Part shown: positions 50,127-61,562 of the stretch, piece after piece
How positions within the stretch are numbered: the first letter of the stretch is position 1
Layout of the letters: every line of letters starts with the position of its first letter
Source: Podarcis vaucheri
Taxonomy: Eukaryota
NCBI GenBank assembly: GCA_965113315.1
Contig: OZ220369.1
Length of the DNA stretch: 64,000 nt
Reading direction: 5' to 3' (one strand)
The notes under the pieces: generated by a model
Databases searched by the model: none
Seen by the model: only the letters and a program-made list of their open reading frames with translations
Told to the model about the DNA's origin: nothing
Program-made: the position numbers and the translations under genes

Positions 50127-53100
50127 CATGCCGGGGACGGAGGAGGAGAGGCCGGGTGCAGGGATGGAGGGACGGGTGGGCGAGCGAGCAAGTGGCAGCC
50201 GCCAAGCCTTGGCCGAGAGCCAGGAAGGGCCTCCCTGGAGGAGGAGGAGGAGGAGGGAGGCGCAGAGTGGGAGGGAGGGAGGGAACCCCAGGGGTCATCT
50301 AGTGACGGCGCCCCAATCGAAAATTTGACTTTAAAAAAAAATCTTTCGAATTTTTTAATTTTTCCCGCGGCACACCAGGCAACATCTCGCGGCACACTAG
50401 TGTGCCGTGGAACAGTGGTTGGGAAACACTGGTCTAGTGTTACAAGAGCGGGAGAAATACTTTCTCTATTCACATTGAGACAGAAGTCAGGGGAATGGTG
50501 TCAAGATACAGGCCGGGATGAACAATGTAAGCCAAGTGTGTATCAATAGCTAAACCAATACTTACACAGACGAATGAGATTTCTACAAATACCTGGCTGT
50601 TAGCTTGCATCGCAGGGGAAATTTGGAACCACTGACTGTCATGAAAATTGTCAAGTGGTGGGAAATATGTGTGCACTTCACACTTCTGGTTCGCTCCACC
50701 ACTAACCTTATCAGGGGCGCTTGCAAAGCAAGTCTCTGGAAAAGAAATTCTAAACAAATAGGCTAAAAGTTAGCAAATAGCAAAAGGAGTTCCCAACAAT
50801 CATCTGATATACAGAACGCCCCTCAAGCAATTTGCACTTGGCGGTTCAGCAGGGTGGAAAGGAAACATAACTGGGGGTTTGGAAGCTACAAAGCTGTAAA
50901 AGAAACTGGGAATTTGTGGAAAGGAATTCAGATCAGCGAAGAGTGGCTAAGAACGATAGGGTGACTTTGGAGCAGAAATAGCCTTTTAAGAGAGAACAAA
51001 TATGCTCATATATAATGTTTACATATTTAAATGGAGGTCTCAGCTACACGATGCATTTATCCTGATTTTGTGCCACTTTTAAGTCATGGTTTTCTCCCCC
51101 GCCCTGGCTCTACTGAATGCTGGAAACTGTAGTTTGCTGTGAGTGCTGGGGATTGTTTGAAGTCTGCTACCCATCTCAAAGAACTACAATTCCCAGGGTT
51201 CTTAGGGAAGAGGGATTGTTTGTTAAACCAGTCTGATTAAGATTAAATTAAATTTAAATTATTATTTAAAAATAGAAAATGCTTCACAGCATAATTTATA
51301 GACTGCTTTACAGCATACAGCCATCAAAGCAGTATACAAGAGAAAAACAGAGTATCCAGGAGTTGCAAGGACAAACTGGTTTGAGCAGGGGTTGAAGCCA
51401 TTTAAGAGAAACGCCATCACACAGACTTGTTTGTGAACGTCTCTGTTATCCAAATGATGGTGAGTGACTCTCCCCACCCAGACTGGTCACTGGATCCTGC
51501 TGGGCAGGAAGGAACGTGAGCACTTCCTGTTACAAGCTGAGCCTTCTTCAGGTACTTCCGAGGTTTGGGTGTGTTCCTGCAGGGATTTTGTAATAATGTT
51601 TGTGGAAAAGTGGAAATTTCAGGAGGGACTAGAATTAAGAAACGTGGCACCATGCAAATGTTGATGGAGGCAGTGGAGGCACAAAGAGCAGGAAGGGTAG
51701 AGGTGCTTGAAGAAGCAGAATACTCCCATATTGTGGAATTCCCTCCCAAGAGACGTTAGACTGGCTCCCTCTTTGCTATCCTTCCGCCATCAGGCTAAGA
51801 ACTTCCTAATCAGGCAGGTCCTATTCAGACAGCATGTGCTCAGAATAGCTTCAATAACCTGGCATTAATAAACCTGAGTTTTCTTACATCCTTTCAACAA
51901 TAAGTCTTACCAGGCTATTTATACCTGCACCCTGATGCAATATTTACCAAACTCCAACAAGACTGAGTTGGGTTTCAGGCAGAGTTCTCTCTCCCAATCC
52001 TTACCTGGAGATGCCAGGGATTGAACCTGGGACCTTCTGCATACAAAGCAGATGCTCTACCACTGAGCTAAGGGCCTTTCTGCTAAATAGTCCATCAAAG
52101 GCTCTGAAGGTAAGGACAAGGGTTTCCTTAAAGCAGGCAGGAAGCCACTGCATTGATAACTAGGAACACATACAATGAAAAGCAACTTCTAAGAGACTGA
52201 TATGCAAGGTCAGAGACAACCAAAGGGCTGTTGGGGTGGGGGGGATAATTAGCCCAGTTAAAAGAGAGATGGGGGGAATCACTGAAGTGAAACCAGCTAT
52301 GACTAAGGGCCATAAAGCAAACTGTGAGATGCAATGGTCTGATTATGCTTTTTTGACCTCTGTGGACCATCAAGACCAGAGCTGCCATTTACAATGTCAA
52401 GCAAACCGGGACGAACAAGCACAAATTTGCATAAGATATCCAATCGGCAATTTATCCATAGAAGTTGCTTACCCAGGGAGCAGTGTTGAGAGGGTCAGAT
52501 CTGCAGGCACTCATCAATATCTTCTTTTCGTTTCCTTTACAAAAGGAAAAAAGACCTCTCAGACCTACAAACAGCAGCCTAAGGCTGTGTGCACATTCGA
52601 AACACATTATTTCCCTCAAAGAATTCTGGGCACTGTAGTTTATCTCTCACAGGGTTACAATTCCCAGTATCCCTTAACAAACTACAATGCCCAGAATTCT
52701 TTGGGGGAAAGCTTGTGCTTTATAGTGTGTCTTTAGCCTCAGTTAGCTCCATCTCCTCCAAAACATGAAGCTGCTTGAGGCCAGTGTTGAGTCCTTGTTG
52801 CTTGGAGTCTACAGGAGAAGATGGTTCCACACAACTGGGAATTCCTATTCTCCTGTTACTTCAAATGACCCTCACCAATGAGCAAGTGAATCAATGGTAC
52901 AAGAAGAGTAGAGAATGTCAACTCTGGAAGCCACAAGAAGCCCAGCCAGCGGTCAGAAACAAATCCAAGTGTTACTTCAGGAAGGCATCTGAGTTAAGTT
53001 CAGGACAGAAGTCAAGAAGGCAGCGATGGAAGCCAAGGGAGACCTGTAAAAAAAGGCAGCTCAGGACTTACCACCACCCTGAGATAGGCAGATGAAAATT

Positions 53101-53160
53101 CTAGCCAATCAGAAACTGGGGAAGCTCCGTTGTCACATGAAGGCACCTGAGATTAAAGAG

Positions 53161-53292
53161 CCAGGAATCTTTTTCAGCCTGGAGGATGTATTCTGCATGA
53201 AGGCAACCTTCTGAGGACCCCAAACCAGGAATCTTTTTCAGCCTGGAGGATGTATTCTGCATGAAGGCAACCTTCTGAGGACCCCAAACCAG
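53161..53292. repeat. 64-bp perfect tandem duplication
   Basis: CCAGGAATCTTTTTCAGCC...GAGGACCCCAAA begins at 53161 and again at 53225. Confidence 0.95.
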
Positions 53293-53633
53293 TAGTGCGA
53301 CTGTCCAAAATGGGCAGGTTAGTGGGTGTACCTCTTAACTTTGTTTATGGGGGAACATTTCAGCCATGCAGACATCACAAACCCAATTACTTATGTCTCT
53401 CTGTTCTCCATCCAGACAAGCCAGAGACATGATAACAGTCCAAGGACACATTCCAGTTAGACAGAAGCACTCCAGGTGAGGGTGGAGCAAGGCAAGTGAG
53501 GGGTGTGGTGTGGCCTGAGGAGCATTGTGGGGGGTACAGAGACTGGGGTGCTGCATTCAGCCCCTGTGCCTGAGCTTCCCCACCCTTGTTCTCCGGCTGC
53601 TTCTTCTTGGTCATCCACTTATCCCTAAGTGAG

Positions 53634-53865
53634 AGTCAGCATGGTGTAGTGGTTAGACTGTTGGACTAGGCCCTGGGAGACCAGGGTTCAAATCCCCACT
53701 CAGCCTTGAAGCTCACTGGGTGACCTTGGGCCAGTCCCTGCCTCTCAGCCCAACCTACCTCACAGTGTTGTTGTGGGGATTGATGGAGGAGTGTGGGAAG
53801 CACATACGCCGCCTTGAGCTCCTTGGTCGAAAAAAAGAAAAAAGTTTGTTATAAATGAAATGAAT
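53634..53865 (+). mobile_element. CORE/MIR-like squamate SINE
   Basis: TGGTGTAGTGGTTAG A box, GGTTCAAATCC B box, CTGGGTGACCTTGGGC core. Confidence 0.85.
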
Positions 53866-53885
53866 TTGTCAATATGAACTAGATA

Positions 53886-54662
53886 CAGTGGTACCCCGCA
53901 AGACGAATGCCTCGCGAGACGAAAAACTCACAAAACGAAAGGTTTTTTCGTTTTCGAGTTGCCTCGCAAGACGAATTTCCCTATGGGCTTGCTTCGCAAA
54001 ACGAAGCTTGCCCCGGGGACAGCGGGTCTTCTCTTTTGAAGCAAGGAGCGGCGGGGAGAAGCAATCTTCTGCCCGCAGCCCCAGGTCCGGGGACAGCGGG
54101 AAGTGCTTCCCGCTGCCCCCGGACCTCTTTTGAAGCAAGGGGCGGCGGGGAGATAGCTTCTCCCGGTGCTCCGAAGCGGGGCGGGGGGGCGGGAACACCT
54201 GCCCCAGCCGCCCCGCTTCGGAACGCTGCTCCGAAGCGGGGCGGGGGGGGACACCTTCTGAAGGCGGGCGGGGGCCGAAAGTCTTTGTCCCCCCTGCCTG
54301 CCTTCCCAGGGGCTTTTAAATCGCCCCGGACAGCGGAGAAGTCCTCCGCTGTCCCGGGGCGATTTTAAAATGCCGCCCGCCAGCATTTTAAGATCGCCCG
54401 GACAGCGGAGAAGTCCTCCGCTGTCCCGGGTTTTTTTAAAATGCTGGGGGTGGGAAGAAAAGCCCTTGTGTCCCCCCCCCCAGCCTTCAGAAGAGGTCCG
54501 GGGACAGACTGTCCCCGGACCTGGTCTGAAGGTGGTTTCCCAAGGAAAGCATTAATTGATTTTCAATGCATTCCTATGGGAAACCGTGCATCGCAAGACG
54601 AAAAACTCGCAAGACGAAGAGACTTGCGGAACGAATTAATTTCGTCTTGCGAGGCACCACTG
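53886..54662. mobile_element. Tc1/mariner (Tigger-like) non-autonomous element with GC-rich hairpin interior
   Basis: TA|CAGTGGTACCCCGCAAGACGAA ... TTCGTCTTGCGAGGCACCACTG|TA, with subterminal CGCAAGACGAA repeats. Confidence 0.92.
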
Positions 54663-55163
54663 TACACTTCTCAACTTACCCCCCCCCCAACACACAGCAG
54701 GAGATAGCTTGGACACATAATATATAGGGATTAATCAGGGAATAGCAGTACTCCGTATTGGTAGGCAATACGAAGGAATTTATAGTCCAATGCTGTTTCA
54801 CTTTTAAAAATTCATTTAACTAGGGTCCACATTCTATGGACAGTGTTGGAGTCCTTCTAAAAAAAATAATGACTACTCATCTCTTTTCAACCAGTCATTC
54901 AGTTTGGCTGACAAGCATGAAGGATGCTGAATACAGTGATCTCCCAAATATCCAACTGAAGAATTAATCAGCCATGACTTCTTAATATTCTGCATTTTCT
55001 GGGAGGTTCTGCAGATGTGCGTGAAACACACAACAACCAGCTTTACTTCCGTTCCTCTTTGCTGTATGCTTTGATTGAATAATGGACCCAGGAACCCTCT
55101 CTTTTGAGTGGTGGTTGCTAATATTAAAATAACTGGAATAATAATAATAGTCAGTGTTTATAG

Positions 55164-55585
55164 CAGGGGTCGGCAACGTTTTTTGAGGCCAGTCTGGTCC
55201 ACACCCCAGCAGACCTCTTGGTGGGCCGGAATGTGTGCGCCCGAGCATGTGCTCAAGCTATTTCCGGTGCTCTTCCAGATCGGAAGAGTGCCAGAAATAG
55301 CATGTGCGCATGCGCATGGGCGCTCCTCTGTCCCAGAAGTGTGCCACAAATAGCATGTACGCACGCGTACGGGTGCTCCTCCAGGTGAGGAGCGCCTGTG
55401 CGCATGCGCACATACTATTTCCGGCGCTCTTCCGACCTGGAAGTCAGTCCCTGTGTCAAGGAAAAAAATGGCACCACGAAAAAGAAGCATGGAATCCCCA
55501 CACCAATCCACGGAATGGTCGTGGGCAGGTTCCAGGGAGCTCATGGGCCAGAACCGGCCTATGGGCCTTAGGTTGCCGACCTCTG
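55164..55585. mobile_element. hAT MITE with NRF1/ETS-motif-rich interior
   Basis: TIR CAGGGGTCGGCAAC / GTTGCCGACCTCTG; perfect 8-bp TSD GTTTATAG (55156-55163, 55586-55593). Confidence 0.92.
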
Positions 55586-56682
55586 GTTTATAGGCACATT
55601 ACGCTGCATGTGCCTGGTTTATAGGCACATTACTCACATTTGAGTAAGTTCCAGATGTTGTTGGACTCCCAACTCCCATCAGCCCCAGGCAGTGTGGCCA
55701 ATGTCCAAGGATGATGGAAGTTGTGGTTCAGCAGCACCTGGAGAAGCCACTGGTTCTGCATTCTGGCTGTAAAGAGAATGATGGATATATCTTTCTTTAT
55801 GCAAGATAGGGATGAGTTAAATTATTACAAGATTGAAGCATGAGTATGAATCCCACCGTTTTCACAACTTATACCCAAATGTATGCTTTTTCTTCCTAGG
55901 TTTAGGAAGATAAGGAGAGCCTAGCTGGATCAGGCCAATGACCCCTTCTAGTCCAGCATCCTGTTCTCAAACTGACCAACAGCTGCTTGTGAGTAACCCG
56001 CAAGCAGGGTCTGAGTGCAAGATGTGCTTTCCCCACTTGGGATTCTCAGCAAGTATCCAGGTATTCAGATACATACTACCTCCAACACTGAGGTGGAGCA
56101 CAGCCATTGTGGCCTTATCCTCCATAGTGGATGTGCTTGGTGAATATCTGGGGGAACATATTCAGAGCCGGCATACCACCACTGAAAAGGCCCTGTTCCT
56201 TGTAACATCCTCCACACCTCAGATGGCAAGGAACCTGCTTACTTCCTTCTGGAAATTCCACTTCGGTTAGCTACATCCTGGTTGTAGCCCTCCTCCAAAG
56301 GCCACATCCACACCATACATTTAAAAGCACAAATAATCCTGGGAACTGTAGTTAGTTAAGGGTGCTAGGAGTTGTAGCTCTGTGAGGGATCCCCTAGCAA
56401 CTCTCTGGAATTGAACCTGAGACTGCCTGCTTACTACTCAACTACAGCCCTTTCCCATCATTGTAGAATATTTAAATCTTCTGGGCCTGTTTTCCATTCT
56501 GTGCTGTTGGTGTTGTATTCCTTTCAAGGGGTTGTTTTATTCTTGTAAGCTGTACTGAGTGTTGCAAATGCATTTGAAAGGTGGGACAGGCACATTCCAA
56601 ACAAACACTCAGATTGGAAATGCCAACAGTGAGGACAGGATAAGAATCTAACGAGACCACATAATAAGTGTTCTCTAACTTA

Positions 56683-57035
56683 GGGATGCAGGTGGCACTG
56701 TGGGTTAAACCACAGAGCCTAGGGCTCGCCGATCAGAAGGTCGGCGGTTCGAATCCCCACGACGGGGTGAGCTCCTGTTGCTCGGTCCCTGCTCCTGCCA
56801 ACCTAGCAGTTTGAAAGCACGTCAAAAGTGCAAGTAGATAAATAGGTACCGCTCCGACGGGAAGGTAAACAGCGTTTCCTTGTGCTGCTCTGGTTTGCCA
56901 GAAGCAGCTTAGTCATGCTGACCACATGACCCGGAAGCTGTACGCCGGCTCCCTCGGCCAATAAAGCGAAATGAGCGCCGCAACCCCAGAGTCAGCCACG
57001 ACTGGACCTAATGGTCAGGGGTCCCTTTACCTTTA
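56683..57035 (+). mobile_element. Sauria SINE, full length
   Basis: GGGATGCAGGTGGCACTGTGGGTTAAACC head, GGTTCGAATCC B box, CCTTTACCTTTA tail. Confidence 0.93.
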
Positions 57036-58699
57036 GCTTAGGGTCAGCCCTACCATTAGGCAGAGCAAGGCCACTGCCTCAGGTGACATATCCTGGGAGG
57101 TGCTGGTGACCCTGAGCTCCCTGACCATACCCTTCTGTGGGAAAAGAGAGCTGTGTATCACGCATCTTGTTCTCTTCCCTTATAAGTATCCTACTGACCC
57201 CCTTCAGGGGCAGCGTGGTGCCCCATTGCTAGCACTGGAGTAGAATTCACTACTGTGTGTTTGCGTGCGTGTGTGCCTGTCTCCATGCGCCATTTTGTCC
57301 TTTGCCTCAGGCAGCAAAATATATTGGACTGACCTTGTTCCGGCTCTCAGACTTTTGTTACCATTTTCCCATTCCTCACCAAGGACTAGAAACTTGTTCC
57401 CTCTCCTTGCCCTTCTCCTCTGCACTAGCCGCACTTTGTGAGCAGCTGCAGCATAACGATACAAAGGAGGAAAAGCCCTTAACACTTTTCATTCTCCCCC
57501 TCCGTTTGTGTTTTTGGAGACAGTCCTTGACTTCTGTCCTCTGGGTGTTTTCTCTAATTAGTTATGATGGAGCATTAGGAGGTGCAAGGGCAAGAGATTG
57601 TGGGAGGAGAGTGACTCCTTAATAAGCATGAGTTCATTGGCCATCCCTCCCCGCCTCCCATTCCGGCCCTCGCCCAGCCTTCTCCATCACAAGCTGCTTG
57701 CTGCTTGTTATGAAATAAGAGGAGGTGGAGGGGGTGAAACCATCCTAAAAGGGAATGAGATAGAAGGGGCTTTGTGCCAGCCTGACACCCGGTGGGCCTT
57801 CTGTCTTGCCAAAACCACTCATTAGATCCGCTCGAGCAAAGTGTGAGGAGCATGCTGATTCTGCAGCTGCCGCCGAATTTGTCATGTCCTGCAATGGTGG
57901 AATCGCAATCAGGATCCCTTCCCACACAACGCTGCTTAGCTCACCATGCAAGCACAACAAAACGCCCACTTCAGGACAGGTTTCCAAAAATTGATGGCCC
58001 TCTCATCGTAAAAACAAACGGGCAGGAACACTGGAAGCTGCCTTGTACCAAGGTCTCGTTTGCACTGTGCACTGAAAGTACAACACTACCACTTTGAATA
58101 GTCATGGCTTCCCCCCAAGAATCTTGGGCACCGTAGTCTGTTAAAAGTGCCACTGACCTTGCAGATCTACAGTTCCCAGCATCCTTAATAAACTACAGTT
58201 TCCAGGCCTCTCCATGGCCACATTCACACCACATATTTAAAGCACTGTGATACAACTTTAAACAGTCCCACCTCCCTGCACCAAGGATTTGGGGAACTGT
58301 AGTTTTTTAAGGGTGCTGACAGCAGTTAGGAAGAGACCCCTGTTTCAGAGATTTGCAATCCCCAGAGGTTCCTGAGAAGATAAATTGATGGTTAAATCAC
58401 TCCGCAGACTGTAGCTTTGTAAAGGCAATAGGAAGGTCTTCTAACAACTCTAAGCACCCTTAACATACTACAGCTCCCAGAATACTTTGGGGGGGACCAT
58501 AGCTGTGGCCCTCAGAAGATTGCCTAGATGGGAAAATGGCCCTTGGGCTTAAAGAAGTGTCCCCCCCCCACCTCTGGTACAAATGACCACCTATGTAGTC
58601 TTATGTGGTTTGATCAATTTTGTTTAGACAAGAATCCAAAAATTCTATTATCACTTTGGTCACTGACAGAATTACAAGGTGATATTGTAAGAACTTCAG

Positions 58700-59020
58700 A
58701 AGATAAGAAGAGCCCTGCTGGACCAAGCCAATGGCCCATGTAGTCCAGCATCCTCACAGGGGCTACCCAGATGCCTGTGGGAAACAGGCAGGCGCGACTC
58801 AAGTACAAGAGCTTTCTGCTTCCCTGTGGCTTCCCGCAAGTAGTATTCAGGTATTCAGAAGCAATGCTGCCTCTGACTTTGGAAGGAAAGGACAGCCATC
58901 ATGGCTAGCGGCCACTGATAGCCTTGTCTGCCATGAATTTGTCCAATCCTCTTTTAAAGGTTTCCAAGTTGGTGGCCATCACTGCCTCCTCTGGGAGTAA
59001 GCTCCATAGTCTAACTATGA
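58700..59020 (-). mobile_element. CR1-type LINE 3' end
   Basis: Homologous to 10435-10755. Confidence 0.75.
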
Positions 59021-59120
59021 CTGGATCTACGCTGATCTGTAAAAACGCTTTTTTTAAAAAAAAACCTGTGATATAGCTCTCAATTCAATTTTCAATTAAT
59101 GGCAGATCATTGCTCTAGAA

Positions 59121-59222
59121 CAGTGTTTCCCAACCTTTTTTGGGCAAAGGCACACTTGTTTGATGAAAAAAATCTCGAGGCACACCACCATTACAGCCCC
59201 GTGACGTCAGCGCGCAGCGTCG
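59121..59222 (+). mobile_element. hAT cargo-family copy C, left end only (runs into gap)
   Basis: About 100 bp nearly identical to 49063-49163; preceded by CTCTAGAA. Confidence 0.88.
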
Positions 59223-59422
59223 NNNNNNNNNNNNNNNNNNNNNNNNNNNNNNNNNNNNNNNNNNNNNNNNNNNNNNNNNNNNNNNNNNNNNNNNNNNNNN
59301 NNNNNNNNNNNNNNNNNNNNNNNNNNNNNNNNNNNNNNNNNNNNNNNNNNNNNNNNNNNNNNNNNNNNNNNNNNNNNNNNNNNNNNNNNNNNNNNNNNNN
59401 NNNNNNNNNNNNNNNNNNNNNN
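59223..59422. other. Assembly gap (200 N)
   Basis: Run of N. Confidence 1.
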
Positions 59423-59429
59423 TTTAATA

Positions 59430-59644
59430 CAGGTTACATACGCTTCAGGTTACAGACTCCGCTAACCCAGAAATAGTGCTTCAAGTTAAGAACTTTGCTT
59501 GAGGATGAGAACAGAAATCGTGCTCTGGCGGCGCGGTGGCAGCAGGAGGCCCCATTAGCTAAAGTGGTGCTTCAGGTTAAGAACAGTTTCAGGTTAAGAA
59601 CGGACCTCCGGAACGAATTAAGTACTTAACCCGAGGTACTACTG
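59430..59644 (+). mobile_element. Tigger-like MITE, left end missing
   Basis: Same family as 47238-47479; ends GAGGTACTACTG|TA. Confidence 0.88.
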
Positions 59645-59740
59645 TAATGTATTTTTAACATTATAACTGACCAGTGTAGATTAGCCCTATGTGCTGTACA
59701 ATCTATCAAGAGGTAAAGTGATTGTTACATACTAGCCTAG

Positions 59741-60020
59741 AGAGCCAGTAGAGTGTGGTGGTTAGATTACTGGACTTGGACCTGGGCAACCAGGTTTTGA
59801 ATCCCCATTCAGCCACCGTTTCTCAGCCTTACCTGCCTACCAGGGTCGTTGTAAGTCTAAAATGGGGGAGGATGAAAACCATTTATACCATGATTCCTGT
59901 GATTCCTGTATTGCAGGGGGTTGGGTTAAATGTCTCTTTGGGCCCCTTCCAGCTTCTGCAATTCTACGACCACCTTAAACTCCTTAGAGGTAAATGTGGC
60001 ATATAAATGTAAGAAATAAA
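59741..60020 (+). mobile_element. CORE/MIR-like squamate SINE
   Basis: Homologous to 53634; interrupted by a short CR1-like tail at ~59891-59967. Confidence 0.65.
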
Positions 60021-61562
60021 CAGAACAAAACATAAGTAAACCTGCCAATTAGAACCTTGCTCTGTTCACTGCCTCCGATAAACAAAGATTCATTTCTTAA
60101 GAGTTCTCCTCACTTTGGATTTTACAGCTGCAGCACTTTTCTCTGCTCCAGCCCAGATGAGAGTGGGTTTTGCTTTGCGAAATCAAATCAAGCAAAACAG
60201 GCAGCTCTTTCTCTAAATTCATTCATGCAGCTGCTGATCCCTGATCTGTGGCGTAGCTTGGAGTTTGGTATGGTAAGAAGAGGGTGTAACTCATTTAGGC
60301 TGAATAATTTATGCGTATTTAGAGTGCTCAGAAGCCAGAAATAGGCCCCCCCGGCAAAACTACCGGTGGTTAATAAAAATTGCTTTCCTTGTGCAGATCT
60401 CCAATTTGCCAATTAACCATTAACATGTTGGCGGGCGGTAGGGTTAGATGCCGTGTTTTTTACACCCTTAAATTATTGTTGTAGCTGCACAGTGCTCTTA
60501 GATTTACTCTTTTCCTGAGCATTAAAATGGAACAGAGTCAAAAATCGTAACGTGGTGTAGTTGTGGGAGAAGCTTTTTCATGTGAGCCTTTCCAAATTTC
60601 TTGTAACACTGTGAGAGAAGGAGACCTTGTAGGGTGTTGCAGGGAATGAATGAATGGAAGAAGCTGGTAAAAGCCACATCTATTGCTCTGTCCAGTTTTG
60701 CTTCTGGCCCCTCCCACCTCTAGCATGTGGCCCCCAGAAGGGAATGTGGCCCTCAGCTGATAAAGCCCACCCCCAGCCCTGTTCTGAAGAACTGCAGCAT
60801 CCTTAAGCATCTGCATTCAGTGCCGTGCATTGGAGCCATCATCTACCAAGAAACAACTGGATGGCGATGAACCTCCACATTGGCTTTGTGTAAGAAATCA
60901 GGGCAAATGCTCATCAAAAGGGGTCAGATGGAGTGGCCCTGAGTATGCTAGCAGCATATTGGATTGCATCATCCAGATAGCTCCCACCAGAGGACGCAAG
61001 TCAGGACGCAGAAAGAAGCAGCATAGGACATGTCCTGTGGTGCCCAGAATCAGAAGCCTACACAATGGGGGAGAAATTGCAACTCTTAACTCACATTCTG
61101 GCTCCATCTCACATCATGAAGCCCACCTGAAGGGCCTGTACTCAGGAGTTGCATCCAAGATCTCACTAGCATCCCTTGGCACAAACCCATCTCTGAAAAA
61201 CAGCCTTTCCTCCCAAGCTGGTTCCTTACTTTCTTCTTCTGTTCCTTTTTCTTTCCCTTTTAAGCAAGCATTACCTCACTCACTTCTGATCTGCCTTTTA
61301 CCCTCGAGTGTTTGTGTCTGGTTGCAATATGGCCTTGAACTCAGATAATGCCTTTTGTTCTCTGGGTGGATAGAGGGTGGCTATGAGCAGCTATAGAAGC
61401 AAGTCTACAAAGGTAAAAGTCACACTTGTTGCTCCACCCACTTTTGCCTCTGTCCCCGCCCAACATTGCCATGAAGCCCCAGAAGGCTGCCCCAAAGGGA
61501 ATGTCGCCCTGGAGATGAAAAACATTCTCACAGCCCTGCATTTGAAACTCTTCCCCCTTATA

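Larger units (their letters stand above)
49063..50431 (+). mobile_element. Cargo-carrying non-autonomous hAT element, copy A (1369 bp)
   Basis: Same 15-bp TIRs as copy B; perfect 8-bp TSD GTCTAGTG (49055-49062, 50432-50439). No transposase; about 1 kb of CpG-island-like interior. Confidence 0.93.
48770..50480 (-). mobile_element. CR1-type LINE fragment interrupted by hAT copy A
   Basis: 48770-49062 translates on the minus strand as VRLWNSLPQEALMANNLDGFKGGLDKFM. CR1-like sequence resumes after 50439 (TTACAAGAGCGGGAGAAATACTTTCTCTAT). Confidence 0.75.

Noticed and set aside
49540-50295. Resident host-gene CpG island at this locus
   Set aside because: Enclosed by TIRs with a perfect TSD and splits a CR1 fragment, so it arrived by transposition.
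49329-50549. Long overlapping ORFs (298 aa, 345 aa and others)
   Set aside because: Stop-poor GC-rich sequence, open in several frames on both strands and crossing the TIR; low-complexity P/G/R/A with no domain.
53869-54707. ORF cluster in the Tigger-like element
   Set aside because: By-product of GC-rich repeats; no transposase motifs.
59099-59476. 125-aa ORF
   Set aside because: Artefact of reading through Ns.
60830-61348. 172-aa ORF
   Set aside because: Non-ATG start, no homology recognised and no splice structure; consistent with chance.
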